Assembly (NCBI GenBank): GCA_963815125.1
Contig: CAWFFM010000001.1
Location: forward strand, 484,713 to 548,712
Reading direction: 5' to 3'
DNA length: 64,000 nt
Source of the DNA: an uncultured Actinomycetota bacterium
GTDB lineage: Bacteria; Actinomycetota; Actinomycetes; Mycobacteriales; Micromonosporaceae
The notes below the pieces were generated by a model that had not been told where the DNA came from, did not search any database, and was given only the letters and a program-made list of their open reading frames with translations. How positions within the stretch are numbered: position 1 is the stretch's first letter; the number at the start of each line of letters is the position of its first letter. Below, piece after piece: positions 9,317-18,467 of the stretch. A program made the translations under genes and the position numbers.

Positions 9317-9539
9317 GGCGTTGCGGACCGGGTGGGCGTCACCGGTGCTGCGCTGAGGCGTTGGACCGGCCGGAGGATCGCTGGCTCTGACACACACGTC
9401 GCCGGCCGTTCGGCCCGTCCGGACCGGTGCGCGGTCCACACTGGCCGGTGCCGCGCCGTGCTGCTGTGCTGCCACCGACCTCGGCTGTCGAAACACCGAT
9501 GCCCGCCAGGGCCGGTGGTGCCGTGATCGGAGCACCGCG

Positions 9540-11762
9540 ATGTACACGCTGCTGGACCGCCTCGGGCGGGTGATGCTGCGCCGGCACTGGTTGGTCGTGG
9601 CGGTCGCGCTGGTGACGCTCGTGGTCCTGCTGCTGCTGCGCGCCGCATTCGGTGGGCAGTACGTGAGCGACTACACCGTCCCGGGTAGCGAGGCGTCCCG
9701 CGGCGCGGATCTGCTCACCAGCAGGTTCCCGCAGCAGAGCGGTACCGCGGGGCAGTTGGTGTTCCACGCCCACCACGGGACTGTCGCCGACCAGCGGGAC
9801 GCGGTGGACCGGTCGGTCACCAACTTCGGCCAGCTGCCGCATGTGGTGCGTGCCGTCAGCCCGTACGGTCAGCAGAACTCGACGCAGGTCTCCGGCGACG
9901 GTAGTACCGCCTACGCTTCGGTGGCCTTCGATGTGGTACCGGCGTCCCTGGACAGCAACTACCTGCACCGGATGGACACCGCGGTGCAGCCGGCCCGGGC
10001 AGCGGGCCTCCAGGTCGAGTACGGCGCGGGTGCCGGAGATGTGGCCACCCAGACCCACGACCTGAAGTCCGAGGTACTCGGGCTGACGTGCGCGCTGCTG
10101 CTGCTCCTGCTGATGTTCGGGACGCTGTTCGCCGCCGCGGTACCGCTGCTGTCCGCTGTGCTCAGCGTCGGTGCCGGACTGTCGCTGGTCGGTCTGCTCG
10201 CGGCGGTGACCACCATCCCGGGTGCCGGATCGACGGTGGCGACTCTGCTGGGACTCGGCGTCGCGGTGGACTACGGCCTGTTCATGGTGGCGCGGCACCG
10301 TGAACAGTTGGACGGCGGCGCCACGCTGGCCGCCTCGGTCGGGCGTACCGCGGCAACCTCCGGCGCGGCCGTGGTGGTGGCCGGTACGACCGTGGTGATC
10401 GCCATCCTCGGTCTGTACGTGTCCGGGGTCCCGTTCGTCGGGGCACTGGGCGCCGCATCGGCGATCGTGGTCACGGTGACGATGCTGGCCGCGCTGACCG
10501 TGATCCCCGCCCTGCTGGGCATCGCCGGTCACCGGGTACGCCGGAGATCGGCCCGGACCGGGCCGGTCGACGCGAGTGCCGCGCCGCCCCGGCCGGAGGT
10601 TCCGATGCCGGACCGGGTGCCAGGGCCGGACCGGCACGAACGCTCTCTGTTCGCGCGCTGGGGCCGGCGGGTCAGCGACCGGCCCTGGCCGTGGGCGGTG
10701 GCCAGCGTACTGATCCTGGTACTGCTCGCGCTCCCGCTGTTGTCGCTGCGACTCGGCCAACTCGACGCCAGCAGCGATCCCACCTCGCAGTCCAGCCGGC
10801 GGGCCTACGATGAGCTGTCGGCCGCTTTCGGGCCCGGTATCAACGCTCCCCTGGCAGTGGTCGCGGCGCTACCGGACGCATCCTCGTCGAGTGATCAGAA
10901 GGCTGGCGTTCAGAAGGATCTGGACAGCCTGCACGACAACCTGAAGGCAACCTCCGGCGTGGCGTCGGTGTCCCAGGCGGCGGTGAACCAGGCCGGCGAC
11001 ACCGCGGTACTCACGGTGATCCCGACCACCTCGCCGCAGGACGCCGCCACCACCGGGCTGGTCGACCGGCTACGTACCGACGTGCTGCCCGACTCGACGC
11101 TGACCACCTACCTGACCGGTACCACGGCCGGTTCGGTGGACTTCACCGAACGGATCGCGCAACGGATGCCGTGGTTGATCGGAGCGGTGGTACTGCTGTC
11201 CTTCATCCTGCTGACCGTGGCGTTCCGGTCCCTGGTGATCGCCACCAAGGCCGCGGTACTCAACATCCTTTCGGTTGGAGCGTCCTACGGGGTGGTCGTT
11301 GCGGTCTTCCAGTGGCAGTGGGGTTCCGGGCTGGTCGGCATCCACGAGTCGCTGCCGATACCTGCCTTCGTACCGATGTTGATGTTCGCCATCGTGTTCG
11401 GTCTGTCCATGGACTACGAGGTCTTCCTGCTCTCCAGGGTGCGTGAGGCATATCTGGACACCGCGGATGCCCGGCGCAGCGTCGCGATCGGCATCGGTGG
11501 TACGGCCCGGGTCATCACCACCGCCGCCGCCATCATGGTGGTGGTGTTCCTGAGCTTCGTACTGGACAGCGACCCGGCGATCAAGATGCTGGCCGTAGGC
11601 ATGGCGGTCGCGGTTCTCCTCGATGCAAGCGTGGTGCGGATGGTCCTGGTGCCGGCGGTGATGTCGTTGCTGGGCAGGCATGCCTGGTGGTTGCCGGGGT
11701 GGCTGGGGCGAGCCGTGCCGCGCCTGGAACTGGAGGGCCCGCACCGATCCCCGACAGCGTGA
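9540..11762 (+). CDS. MMPL family (RND superfamily) membrane transporter
   Basis: The 740-aa protein has two blocks of 6 TM helices separated by soluble domains. The segments VDYGLFMVARHRE and LSMDYEVFLLSRVRE are typical of MMPL proteins. Confidence 0.9.
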   Translation: MYTLLDRLGRVMLRRHWLVVAVALVTLVVLLLLRAAFGGQYVSDYTVPGSEASRGADLLTSRFPQQSGTAGQLVFHAHHGTVADQRDAVDRSVTNFGQLPHVVRAVSPYGQQNSTQVSGDGSTAYASVAFDVVPASLDSNYLHRMDTAVQPARAAGLQVEYGAGAGDVATQTHDLKSEVLGLTCALLLLLLMFGTLFAAAVPLLSAVLSVGAGLSLVGLLAAVTTIPGAGSTVATLLGLGVAVDYGLFMVARHREQLDGGATLAASVGRTAATSGAAVVVAGTTVVIAILGLYVSGVPFVGALGAASAIVVTVTMLAALTVIPALLGIAGHRVRRRSARTGPVDASAAPPRPEVPMPDRVPGPDRHERSLFARWGRRVSDRPWPWAVASVLILVLLALPLLSLRLGQLDASSDPTSQSSRRAYDELSAAFGPGINAPLAVVAALPDASSSSDQKAGVQKDLDSLHDNLKATSGVASVSQAAVNQAGDTAVLTVIPTTSPQDAATTGLVDRLRTDVLPDSTLTTYLTGTTAGSVDFTERIAQRMPWLIGAVVLLSFILLTVAFRSLVIATKAAVLNILSVGASYGVVVAVFQWQWGSGLVGIHESLPIPAFVPMLMFAIVFGLSMDYEVFLLSRVREAYLDTADARRSVAIGIGGTARVITTAAAIMVVVFLSFVLDSDPAIKMLAVGMAVAVLLDASVVRMVLVPAVMSLLGRHAWWLPGWLGRAVPRLELEGPHRSPTA

Positions 11763-11996
11763 ACGATGTCCTGTCCGGCCCCCAGGGAACGGTCTGGGCC
11801 AGGATGGGTACCGGATCGGCTGTTCGCACCACATCGGGTCACCCGACCGGCTATCGTTCGGGCTGCAGCGGTTGCCGTCGCCTTGACCGGGAAGAGCCGG
11901 TGGGGTGCCCTGCATCGGGCGCTGGTTCCACCGTGTCGCGGGCCCACTTCGCCGAGCTGCCAGGCCCGCAGGTACATCTTTCCCCGGGGAGCACAC

Positions 11997-12488
11997 ATGG
12001 GTGGCCGTTATGTCTTTCAGGGCGGTAAACCGAGTATCGCCGATCGCGCCGTGGTGTTCGATTCTGCGGAGATCAGTGGTGATGTGGTGGTGGGCGAGGG
12101 GTGCGTGATCGGCGCCCGGGTCCACATCATCGGTGACCCGCACGGCCAGGTGCGCATCGGCGACAATGTACAGATCTTGCCGAACGCCGTTCTGCATCTG
12201 TTACCGGACAGAGAACTCGTTATCTCCGACGATGTGACGATCGGTTCAGGTTCGATGCTCCGAGGCTGCCGTATCGGTGCCGGGTCGGTCGTCGAGGCCG
12301 GCACGATCGTCTGTGAGGGCAGCCGTATCGGTGCCGGATCACTGATCCTGATGGGATCCTGTCTCGTCCGGGACAGCGAATTCGGTCCACTCTCGGTGCT
12401 GGACGGTATCCCCGCAGCGGTGACCGACACTCTGTTGGAACGCCCGGCGCGGCCGTCCTGGGCGTTCAATGCGGGTGCCCTGAACTGA
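11997..12488 (+). CDS. left-handed beta-helix (hexapeptide repeat) protein, gamma-carbonic-anhydrase/acetyltransferase-like
   Basis: Starting from the internal ATG at 11997, the sequence shows repeated hexapeptide periodicity of [LIV]-G-x-x-x-x (VVVGEGCVIGARVHIIGD, VRIGDNVQILPNAVL, VTIGSGSMLRGCRIGAGSVVEAGTIV). Confidence 0.7.
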   Translation: MGGRYVFQGGKPSIADRAVVFDSAEISGDVVVGEGCVIGARVHIIGDPHGQVRIGDNVQILPNAVLHLLPDRELVISDDVTIGSGSMLRGCRIGAGSVVEAGTIVCEGSRIGAGSLILMGSCLVRDSEFGPLSVLDGIPAAVTDTLLERPARPSWAFNAGALN

Positions 12489-12734
12489 TCCGACCGCGGC
12501 CGGGCGCTCATCCGGGTAATGGTTCTCACCATCCAGATAGGACACAGTGCGGGTGGTTCCGTTGCCGTGCCCGCGCGGTGCGGTGAGCGTCGCAGTGTCG
12601 GTTGAGGACGGTCATTAGCCCGAGGACAACGCCGGATACTGGGTATTCTTCGCTGTCCTGTTTGGTCAGTGCCACGATGGCATGCATACTTACCAGTTGA
12701 GAAGGCGTATGCCAACGACGAACCAGGAGTTGTG

Positions 12735-13292
12735 GTGAACAAGGCAGAGCTGATCGAGGCGCTGACCGTACGGCTCGGCGACCGGAAGACCGCCACCACC
12801 GCGTTGGAGGCGCTGCTGGAGGAGATCCAGCGGACCGTGTCGAAGGGCGGGAAGATCTCGCTGGCCGGGTTCGGGGTGTTCGAGAAGCGGCCCCGTGCTG
12901 CGCGTACGGCCCGTAACCCGCGTACGGGTGAGGCTGTGAAGGTGAAGAAGACCTCGGTGCCGGCGTTCCGTCCGGGTCAGGGCTTCAAGGACGTGGTGAC
13001 GGGTAAGAAGAAGATCGCTGCGGTGAAGAAGACCACGGCGAAGAAGGCTCCGGCGAAGGCGGCGACGGCTGCGGCGGGGACGAAGAAGGCCGCTGCGGCG
13101 AAGAAGACGACCGCGAAGAAGGCTGCGACCACGAAGAAGGCGGCTGCGGCGAAGACGGTGAAGAAGACCGCGACGAAGGCGGCGAAGGCGACCGGGGCGA
13201 AGAAGACCGCGGCGAAGTCGACGGCGAAGCGGGCGCCGGCCCGTAAGACCGCGACGAAGTCGGCGGCCAAGCGCGCCCCTCGCAAGCGCTGA
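12735..13292 (+). CDS. hupB: HU-type nucleoid protein with a Lys/Ala-rich histone-like C-terminal tail (HupB/Hlp/HupS type)
   Basis: The HU fold sequence is [71 protein letters not shown]. It is followed by about 95 aa of AKKA/TAKK repeats. The GTG at 12735 lies 5 nt after AGGAG (12725-12729). Confidence 0.9.
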   Translation: MNKAELIEALTVRLGDRKTATTALEALLEEIQRTVSKGGKISLAGFGVFEKRPRAARTARNPRTGEAVKVKKTSVPAFRPGQGFKDVVTGKKKIAAVKKTTAKKAPAKAATAAAGTKKAAAAKKTTAKKAATTKKAAAAKTVKKTATKAAKATGAKKTAAKSTAKRAPARKTATKSAAKRAPRKR

Positions 13293-13313
13293 ACCCGCCG
13301 CGACAGTACCGAT

Positions 13314-13360
13314 CACATGCCGGCGCCGACGGGACGAGATCCCGCCGGCGCCGGCATGTG
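13314..13360. terminator. long GC hairpin between convergent hupB and the pirin gene (candidate bidirectional terminator)
   Basis: A 15-bp perfect stem pairs CACATGCCGGCGCCG (13314-13328) with CGGCGCCGGCATGTG (13346-13360). The 17-nt loop has internal GGGA/TCCC pairing. There is no clear U-tract. Confidence 0.5.
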
Positions 13361-13398
13361 TGTCGGGTGTGCCGCCCCGTCGGCCAGCCGCGGCACGG

Positions 13399-14373
13399 TC
13401 AGAGCACGTCGTGCCCGGGGTGCGGTTCGGCCGGGATGCTACCCAGCCGGCCGGCCTGGAAGTCCTCGAATGCCTGGAGCAGTTCGCGTCGGGTGTTCAT
13501 CACGAACGGCCCGTACGCGGCGACCGGCTCGCGGATCGGTCGCCCGCCGAGGATCAGTACCTCCAGTTCGGGGCTGCGGGACTCCTGGTTGCGTTCCGCG
13601 GCGATACGCAGTGTGTCGCCGGATCCGAAGGTGGTGAGCTGCCCGGTGTGCACCGGCCGGCCCTCGCCGCCGACAGCGCCACGCCCGGCGAGTACGTAGA
13701 CCAGTGCGTTGAAGTCGGCCGGCCAGGGCAGGCGTAGTTCGGCGCCGGCCGACAGGGTCGCGTGTGCCAGGGCGATCGGGGTGTGGGTCACGCCCGGTCC
13801 GGCATGCCCGGCGATCTCGCCGGCGATCACCCGGATGAGGGCACCACCGTCGGGCGAACTGAGCAGTGCGACCTCACCTCCCCGGATGTCCTGGTAGCGC
13901 GGCGCGGTCATCTTCATCGTGGCGGGAAGATTGACCCACAGCTGGAACCCGTGGAACAGCCCGCCGGACATCACGAGGTCCTCGGGCGGTGTCTCGATGT
14001 GCAGGATCCCGCCGCCGGCGGTCATCCACTGGGTGTCCCCGTTGGTGATCAGACCGCCGCCGCCGTTGGAGTCGCGGTGCTGGAACGTGCCGTCGATCAT
14101 GTACGTGACGGTCTCGAAGCCACGGTGCGGGTGCCAGGCGGTTCCCTTGGGTTCGCCGGGCGCGTAGTCGACCTCACCCATCTGGTCCATGTGGATGAAC
14201 GGATCGAGGTCCCGCAGGTCCACTCCGGCGAACGCACGCCGGACCGGGAAGCCTTCACCCTCGTAGCCCGACGGTGCGGTCGTCACGGATCTGACCGGGC
14301 GATCGGTGCTGGTCGGGGCGGGTTCGGGGACGCGAGGCAGAACCAGAGGGTTCTCGACGCTGACCGCTGGCAT
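13399..14373 (-). CDS. pirin family (bicupin) protein
   Basis: HPHRGFETVTYMIDGTFQHRDSNGGGG is the canonical pirin metal-binding motif. The ATG at 14373 is preceded by GAGGAG. Confidence 0.9.
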   Translation of the reverse strand: MPAVSVENPLVLPRVPEPAPTSTDRPVRSVTTAPSGYEGEGFPVRRAFAGVDLRDLDPFIHMDQMGEVDYAPGEPKGTAWHPHRGFETVTYMIDGTFQHRDSNGGGGLITNGDTQWMTAGGGILHIETPPEDLVMSGGLFHGFQLWVNLPATMKMTAPRYQDIRGGEVALLSSPDGGALIRVIAGEIAGHAGPGVTHTPIALAHATLSAGAELRLPWPADFNALVYVLAGRGAVGGEGRPVHTGQLTTFGSGDTLRIAAERNQESRSPELEVLILGGRPIREPVAAYGPFVMNTRRELLQAFEDFQAGRLGSIPAEPHPGHDVL

Positions 14374-14421
14374 GGCGTACTCCTCAGCTGGCAACCGGAG
14401 GCCGGTACTGGCCTGCCGGTC

Positions 14422-14435
14422 ACAACTATAGTTGT
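14422..14435. promoter_or_regulatory. perfect 14-bp palindrome ACAACTATAGTTGT, candidate operator upstream of the pirin gene
   Basis: The palindrome was read directly from the sequence. Its AT-rich centre stands out in GC-rich DNA. It lies about 50 nt upstream of the pirin start codon, in the pirin/MauE-operon intergenic space. Confidence 0.35.
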
Positions 14436-14546
14436 CTCAGCAATATTCCGCCAGTCAAACAGTCCGTGTCCGGGCAGCAGAGAGCCCGGATGCGGCTGTC
14501 CACCAGGAACAACCGCACCCGGGCCGTGGGTCTGCCACGCCGCGTC

Positions 14547-15437
14547 TCAGGCCGGAGCAAGCACCGCCGGACCGGCGCCGATCGAACCCGAATCGCTCTG
14601 TTCGTCGACGAAGGTCACCTTCACCGCATCCGGCTCGTAGCGCAGCCGGGGTACCGCGAACACGGCAGTGCTGGCGCTGGTGCCGGTATCGGTCTCCCGA
14701 CGGGCCTGATAACAGACGATCCGCCAGTCACCCGAATCCCAGCTGTCCAGTACGTCGCTGCTCAACAGTGCGCCCACCTGCCGGTAGGCGATACTACGGT
14801 GCAGCTGTTGCAGGGTCGAGGCCAGCGGCAGGTCGTAGGCCATCCCGGACAACGGGTGCGGCCGCCACTTCGCCCGCAACCGGCGCATCGGCAGCAGCCA
14901 GCTCCGGTCCGCCTCCGGCGACAACAGCACCACCGCCACCACCTCAGCCACCAGCACCGCCACCCCGACGACCGGGTGGCGGGCCAGTGCCGCCGGCCAG
15001 ACCGTGCCGGTGGTCAGCGCGAGCGCCGAGGACACCAGCATCAGCCCGGCGCGGCAGAACGTACGGACGCCGACCGGCGCCTGCCGGGCGCTCACACAGC
15101 CACAGGACGAGTCGGGTGCGAACAGTCGTACATAGACCAGGTAGCCGAGAAATCCGACGGAGAGCACCCCGGCGGACCCGGCAGCGACCCGGGGCAGTAC
15201 GGCCGTTCCCGGCAGGACCGTTGCCAACCCGCCGGCCAGCAGGGCCGTCGCGACCAGCACCTCGACCACGCCGAGCGTGATGTAGACGGCCGGTGCCCGG
15301 TCCTTGCCGACCAGCCCGCCCAGCGCGCCCTTCGCGGCGGTTTCGCGGGCGAGCCGGCTGGTCAGCTTGAGGCGACCCGACCAGGCCAGCACTGCGGCGA
15401 GCAGCACCGGCTGGAGCGGTGCGAGCCATCCAGTCAT
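14547..15437 (-). CDS. MauE/DoxX-family redox-associated membrane protein with an extra C-terminal domain of about 130 aa
   Basis: The N-terminal half has multiple TM helices, and a CGC motif (SSCGCVS) sits at a membrane boundary as in MauE-type proteins. The ATG at 15437 is preceded by AAGGAGG, which overlaps the stop codon of the upstream gene. Confidence 0.7.
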   Translation of the reverse strand: MTGWLAPLQPVLLAAVLAWSGRLKLTSRLARETAAKGALGGLVGKDRAPAVYITLGVVEVLVATALLAGGLATVLPGTAVLPRVAAGSAGVLSVGFLGYLVYVRLFAPDSSCGCVSARQAPVGVRTFCRAGLMLVSSALALTTGTVWPAALARHPVVGVAVLVAEVVAVVLLSPEADRSWLLPMRRLRAKWRPHPLSGMAYDLPLASTLQQLHRSIAYRQVGALLSSDVLDSWDSGDWRIVCYQARRETDTGTSASTAVFAVPRLRYEPDAVKVTFVDEQSDSGSIGAGPAVLAPA

Positions 15438-15446
15438 GACGCCTCC

Positions 15447-16046
15447 TTACACCTTTCCGGCGTAGACCGTCGCCAGGTCGACCTCGTTGGTGTCCGGCCG
15501 CCAGGCGCCGATCACGTGGACGTGCTTGCCGATCCGCAGCTTCGACAGGTCGCCGGTGGCCGGTGCGTTGCTGTACAGCGCCGCGGTACGGCCCGCCACC
15601 ACATGACCGATGATCTTGCTGCCGTTGTGGTTGAAGTGCAGCCAGCCGTTGCCGATGGCGGTGATCTCCACCGACATGCTGACGATGTTCACCCACAGCG
15701 AGTCGGCAGCGAGTGTGCCATCCGGCATCCGTACGCCGCGGGCGTACAGGCCGTCACCGACGGCGACCTGGTCGAAGGTGGTGGGGTGCAGCTTCCAGAT
15801 GCTGGTGCCGTTGGTGACCTGGATGCGGTGCAGCACCTTGTCGGAACCGGTCACCAGGAGCATGGAGTCCTTGATCCCGGTGATCCGACCCTCGGCGAAG
15901 TTGGGGTCCTTGGCGCCGGGGTCCAGCGAGATGGTCTTGGCGAACGCGGCCTCCGGGGCGAGCGAGCCGAGTGCGGTCGCGCCGGCCACCCCCGCGGTGC
16001 CGAGTACGGCGCTGGTGAGAAACCGTCTACGGTCCAGTGCGGTCAT
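15447..16046 (-). CDS. Tat-signal secreted protein with two internally repeated beta-rich modules
   Basis: The ATG at 16046 is preceded by GAGGAGGA. MTALDRRRFLTSAVLGTAGVAGATALGSLAPEAAFA is a twin-arginine signal peptide. Two similar halves each end in a motif of the type G..lAa..lwV / vdlAtVYaG. Confidence 0.7.
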   Translation of the reverse strand: MTALDRRRFLTSAVLGTAGVAGATALGSLAPEAAFAKTISLDPGAKDPNFAEGRITGIKDSMLLVTGSDKVLHRIQVTNGTSIWKLHPTTFDQVAVGDGLYARGVRMPDGTLAADSLWVNIVSMSVEITAIGNGWLHFNHNGSKIIGHVVAGRTAALYSNAPATGDLSKLRIGKHVHVIGAWRPDTNEVDLATVYAGKV

Positions 16047-16056
16047 GTCGTCCTCC

Positions 16057-16482
16057 TCAGCTCGTGATCGCGGCGGGCAGTAGGCCACTGGACAGGCTGG
16101 CGATGGCGCTGAACGCCGCCGGGGTCAGGTCGATCAGCCGGTCGGTACCGCAGGTGGAGCCGCAGCAGTGCTTCTCGCCGCAGAACATCTGGGTGTTGGG
16201 TCCGCAGTCGGCGACGCTGGCGGTCACCGTGGAACCGTTGCACTGGTTGGTGACGGTGAAGACATGGCCGCAGCCGCGCAGCAGCAGGTCGTGACCGCAG
16301 TTGTAGGGCTTGGTGATGCTGTAGCAGGCGTCCGAGGCGTGCGGCCAGGCGCACTGGTGGGAGCCGGAGTTGCAGTTGCCGCAGGCGCCACCGCCTGCGG
16401 AACTGCACGGGCCCCAGGAACTGCCGCAGCAGAACCAGGACATTTCGCCGTACGCGGGGACGTTGGGTTCGACGTCGCTCAT
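16057..16482 (-). CDS. cysteine-rich (15 Cys in 141 aa) RlpA-like double-psi beta-barrel (DPBB) protein without a signal peptide
   Basis: MSWFCCG, GHVFTVTNQCNGSTVTASVADCGPN and DRLIDLTPAAFSAIASL follow the RlpA/DPBB pattern (ASWYG, V.VTN..NG.SV.V.i.DrGP, iDLS.aAf..l). Cysteines are inserted throughout, including the motifs ACGNC and HCCGSTC. Third-codon positions are strongly G/C-rich. The gene stops 10 nt before the next gene starts. Confidence 0.7.
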   Translation of the reverse strand: MSDVEPNVPAYGEMSWFCCGSSWGPCSSAGGGACGNCNSGSHQCAWPHASDACYSITKPYNCGHDLLLRGCGHVFTVTNQCNGSTVTASVADCGPNTQMFCGEKHCCGSTCGTDRLIDLTPAAFSAIASLSSGLLPAAITS

Positions 16483-17065
16483 GACGAGCCTTTCCGTGCC
16501 GGGCGGACCGTACCTCCGTCACCCGGGTGCACGAACCTACCGTCGGGCGCGATCCGACGGGGGCAGTGGCCGGCGGCTCGGGCTGGGGGAACGGCCGCAG
16601 GGATGACCGCCGGACGGTGTCCGTAGTGGACAGGCCGACGGAGGGGACTACCGCCGTGCCCCGGGGGAGGGAGCGGGCGGACTCAGGTCGGTTCGGGGCG
16701 CGCCGCCGGAGGGGAGCGGACGCGGGCCGGTCCGGCTGCTACGAGGGGGAGCGGGGGATCTGTCGCATGTGACCTCCGGTCTGTGGGTCATTGCGCGAGG
16801 TAATTCTGGGGCGAATGGGAAAATGATGTCAATGGCGATCTCATACGTCAATAGGCGGGTACGTGTAGATTTTCGCCTTCTGGTACTGGACTGTCATGAA
16901 TGGCCATCGGCTGAGAGATTCTCACCCGGCACGCCGTGCCGTTGCCCGGCCGACGCCGGAGATGCTCGGCGGTCGACCTCCCCGTTGGTCGCGTTCCGGC
17001 CCGGACCTGCCCGAAACTGGGGAATGATGGCCAGGTCGGCACCACTGCGGGCATGGGGGGGCACG

Positions 17066-18454
17066 ATGGCGCTGCGGCCACGACACGAACACGCGCGTCC
17101 CGACCTGGAGATCAATCCGATGTACTCGCGTGGCGTCGAGACCGGATCGGTGCCCCGCGACGAACTGCCCGCAGGCGAGATGCTGCCGTCCACCGCGGCT
17201 CAACTGATCCGCGACGAACTGATGCTCGACGGCACCGCCCGGCTCAACCTCGCCACGTTCGTCACCACCTGGATGGAGCCCGAGGCACAGCAGCTGATGG
17301 ATGAATGCCTGGCCAAGAACATGGTGGACAAGGACGAATATCCGCAGACCGCGGAGCTGGAACTGCGCTGCGTCAACATGTTGGCGCGGCTCTGGCGCAG
17401 CCCGGATCCGGCCCAGGCCACCGGCTGCTCCACCACCGGATCCAGCGAGGCTTCGATGCTCGGTGGGCTGGCGCTCAAACGCCGGTGGCAGCAACGCCGC
17501 CGGGCCGCCGGACTGTCCACCGATCGGCCGAACCTGGTGATGGGGATCAACGTCCAGGTCTGCTGGGAGAAGTTCGCCAACTACTTCGAGGTCGAACCCC
17601 GCTATGTACCGATGAGCGGGAACCGCTTCCATCTCACCGCGGCGGAAGCGGTGACCCGGTGCGACGAGAACACCATCGGTGTCGTCGCCATTCTCGGCTC
17701 CACCTTCGACGGGTGCTACGAGCCGGTCGGCGAGATCGCAACCGCGCTGGACGCCCTGCAGGAGCGTACGGGCTGGGACATCCCGATCCATGTGGACGGC
17801 GCGTCCGGTGCGATGATCGCGCCGTTCCTCGATCCGGAACTGGCGTGGGATTTCCGTCTGCCGCGGGTCGCCTCGATCAACACCTCGGGGCACAAGTACG
17901 GGCTGGTGTACCCGGGCGTGGGCTGGATCGTGTGGCGTGATCGCGCCGCGCTGCCCGAGGAACTGGTGTTCAAGGTGAACTACCTGGGCGGTGAGATGCC
18001 CACCTTCGCGCTGAACTTCTCCCGGCCCGGTGCGCAGATCGTCGCCCAGTACTACAACTTCCTGCGCCTGGGTTGGGACGGCTTCCGTAATGTCCAGCAG
18101 ACCTGCCGGGACGTGGCGATGTTCCTGTCCGGCCAGGTCGCCGGGATGGACCAGTTCGAGCTGCTCACCGACGGTTCGGAGCTGCCGGTGTTCGCGTTCC
18201 GGATGGCGGACACGGTGAGCAGCTACACCGTGTTCGACGTATCGCGTGAACTACGGGAACGGGGCTGGCAGGTACCGGCCTATTCCTTCCCCGCCGACCG
18301 GGAGGACCTCGCGGCCCTGCGGGTGGTGGTACGCAACAGTTTCAGCCACGATCTCGCCGTGCTGTTCTTCGCCGATCTGAAACGTACCGTGGCCGTGCTG
18401 GAACGTGAGGGCGGGCGGTCCGGCAGCGGCGACATGCAGGCCTTCCACCACTGA
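17066..18454 (+). CDS. gadB: glutamate decarboxylase (PLP-dependent, GadA/GadB family)
   Basis: The motifs are LNLATFVTTWMEPEAQQLM, DKDEYPQTAELELRCVNMLARLW, and SINTSGHKYGLVYPGVGWIVWRD (PLP lysine motif SGHK). The internal ATG at 17066 gives about 462 aa, the typical size. The first 99 codons of the ORF look non-coding. Confidence 0.9.
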   Translation: MALRPRHEHARPDLEINPMYSRGVETGSVPRDELPAGEMLPSTAAQLIRDELMLDGTARLNLATFVTTWMEPEAQQLMDECLAKNMVDKDEYPQTAELELRCVNMLARLWRSPDPAQATGCSTTGSSEASMLGGLALKRRWQQRRRAAGLSTDRPNLVMGINVQVCWEKFANYFEVEPRYVPMSGNRFHLTAAEAVTRCDENTIGVVAILGSTFDGCYEPVGEIATALDALQERTGWDIPIHVDGASGAMIAPFLDPELAWDFRLPRVASINTSGHKYGLVYPGVGWIVWRDRAALPEELVFKVNYLGGEMPTFALNFSRPGAQIVAQYYNFLRLGWDGFRNVQQTCRDVAMFLSGQVAGMDQFELLTDGSELPVFAFRMADTVSSYTVFDVSRELRERGWQVPAYSFPADREDLAALRVVVRNSFSHDLAVLFFADLKRTVAVLEREGGRSGSGDMQAFHH

Positions 18455-18467
18455 TGCGGGTAGGTGC

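Noticed and set aside
12662-12690. A possible sigma-70-like promoter for hupB (TTGGTC, 17 nt, CATACT), and a similar guess upstream of the rho leader (TTGCCC, 18 nt, TACGCT at 49025-49054).
   Set aside because: These hexamer matches were found by eye in relatively AT-rich patches. Without transcription start site data such matches are unreliable in actinobacteria, so they are not reported as features.
12977-13292. Highly repetitive GCGAAGAAG-type DNA that might be mistaken for a tandem-repeat locus or a CRISPR-like array.
   Set aside because: It is in frame with the HU fold and encodes the well-known Lys/Ala-rich histone-like tail. It has no spacer and repeat architecture.
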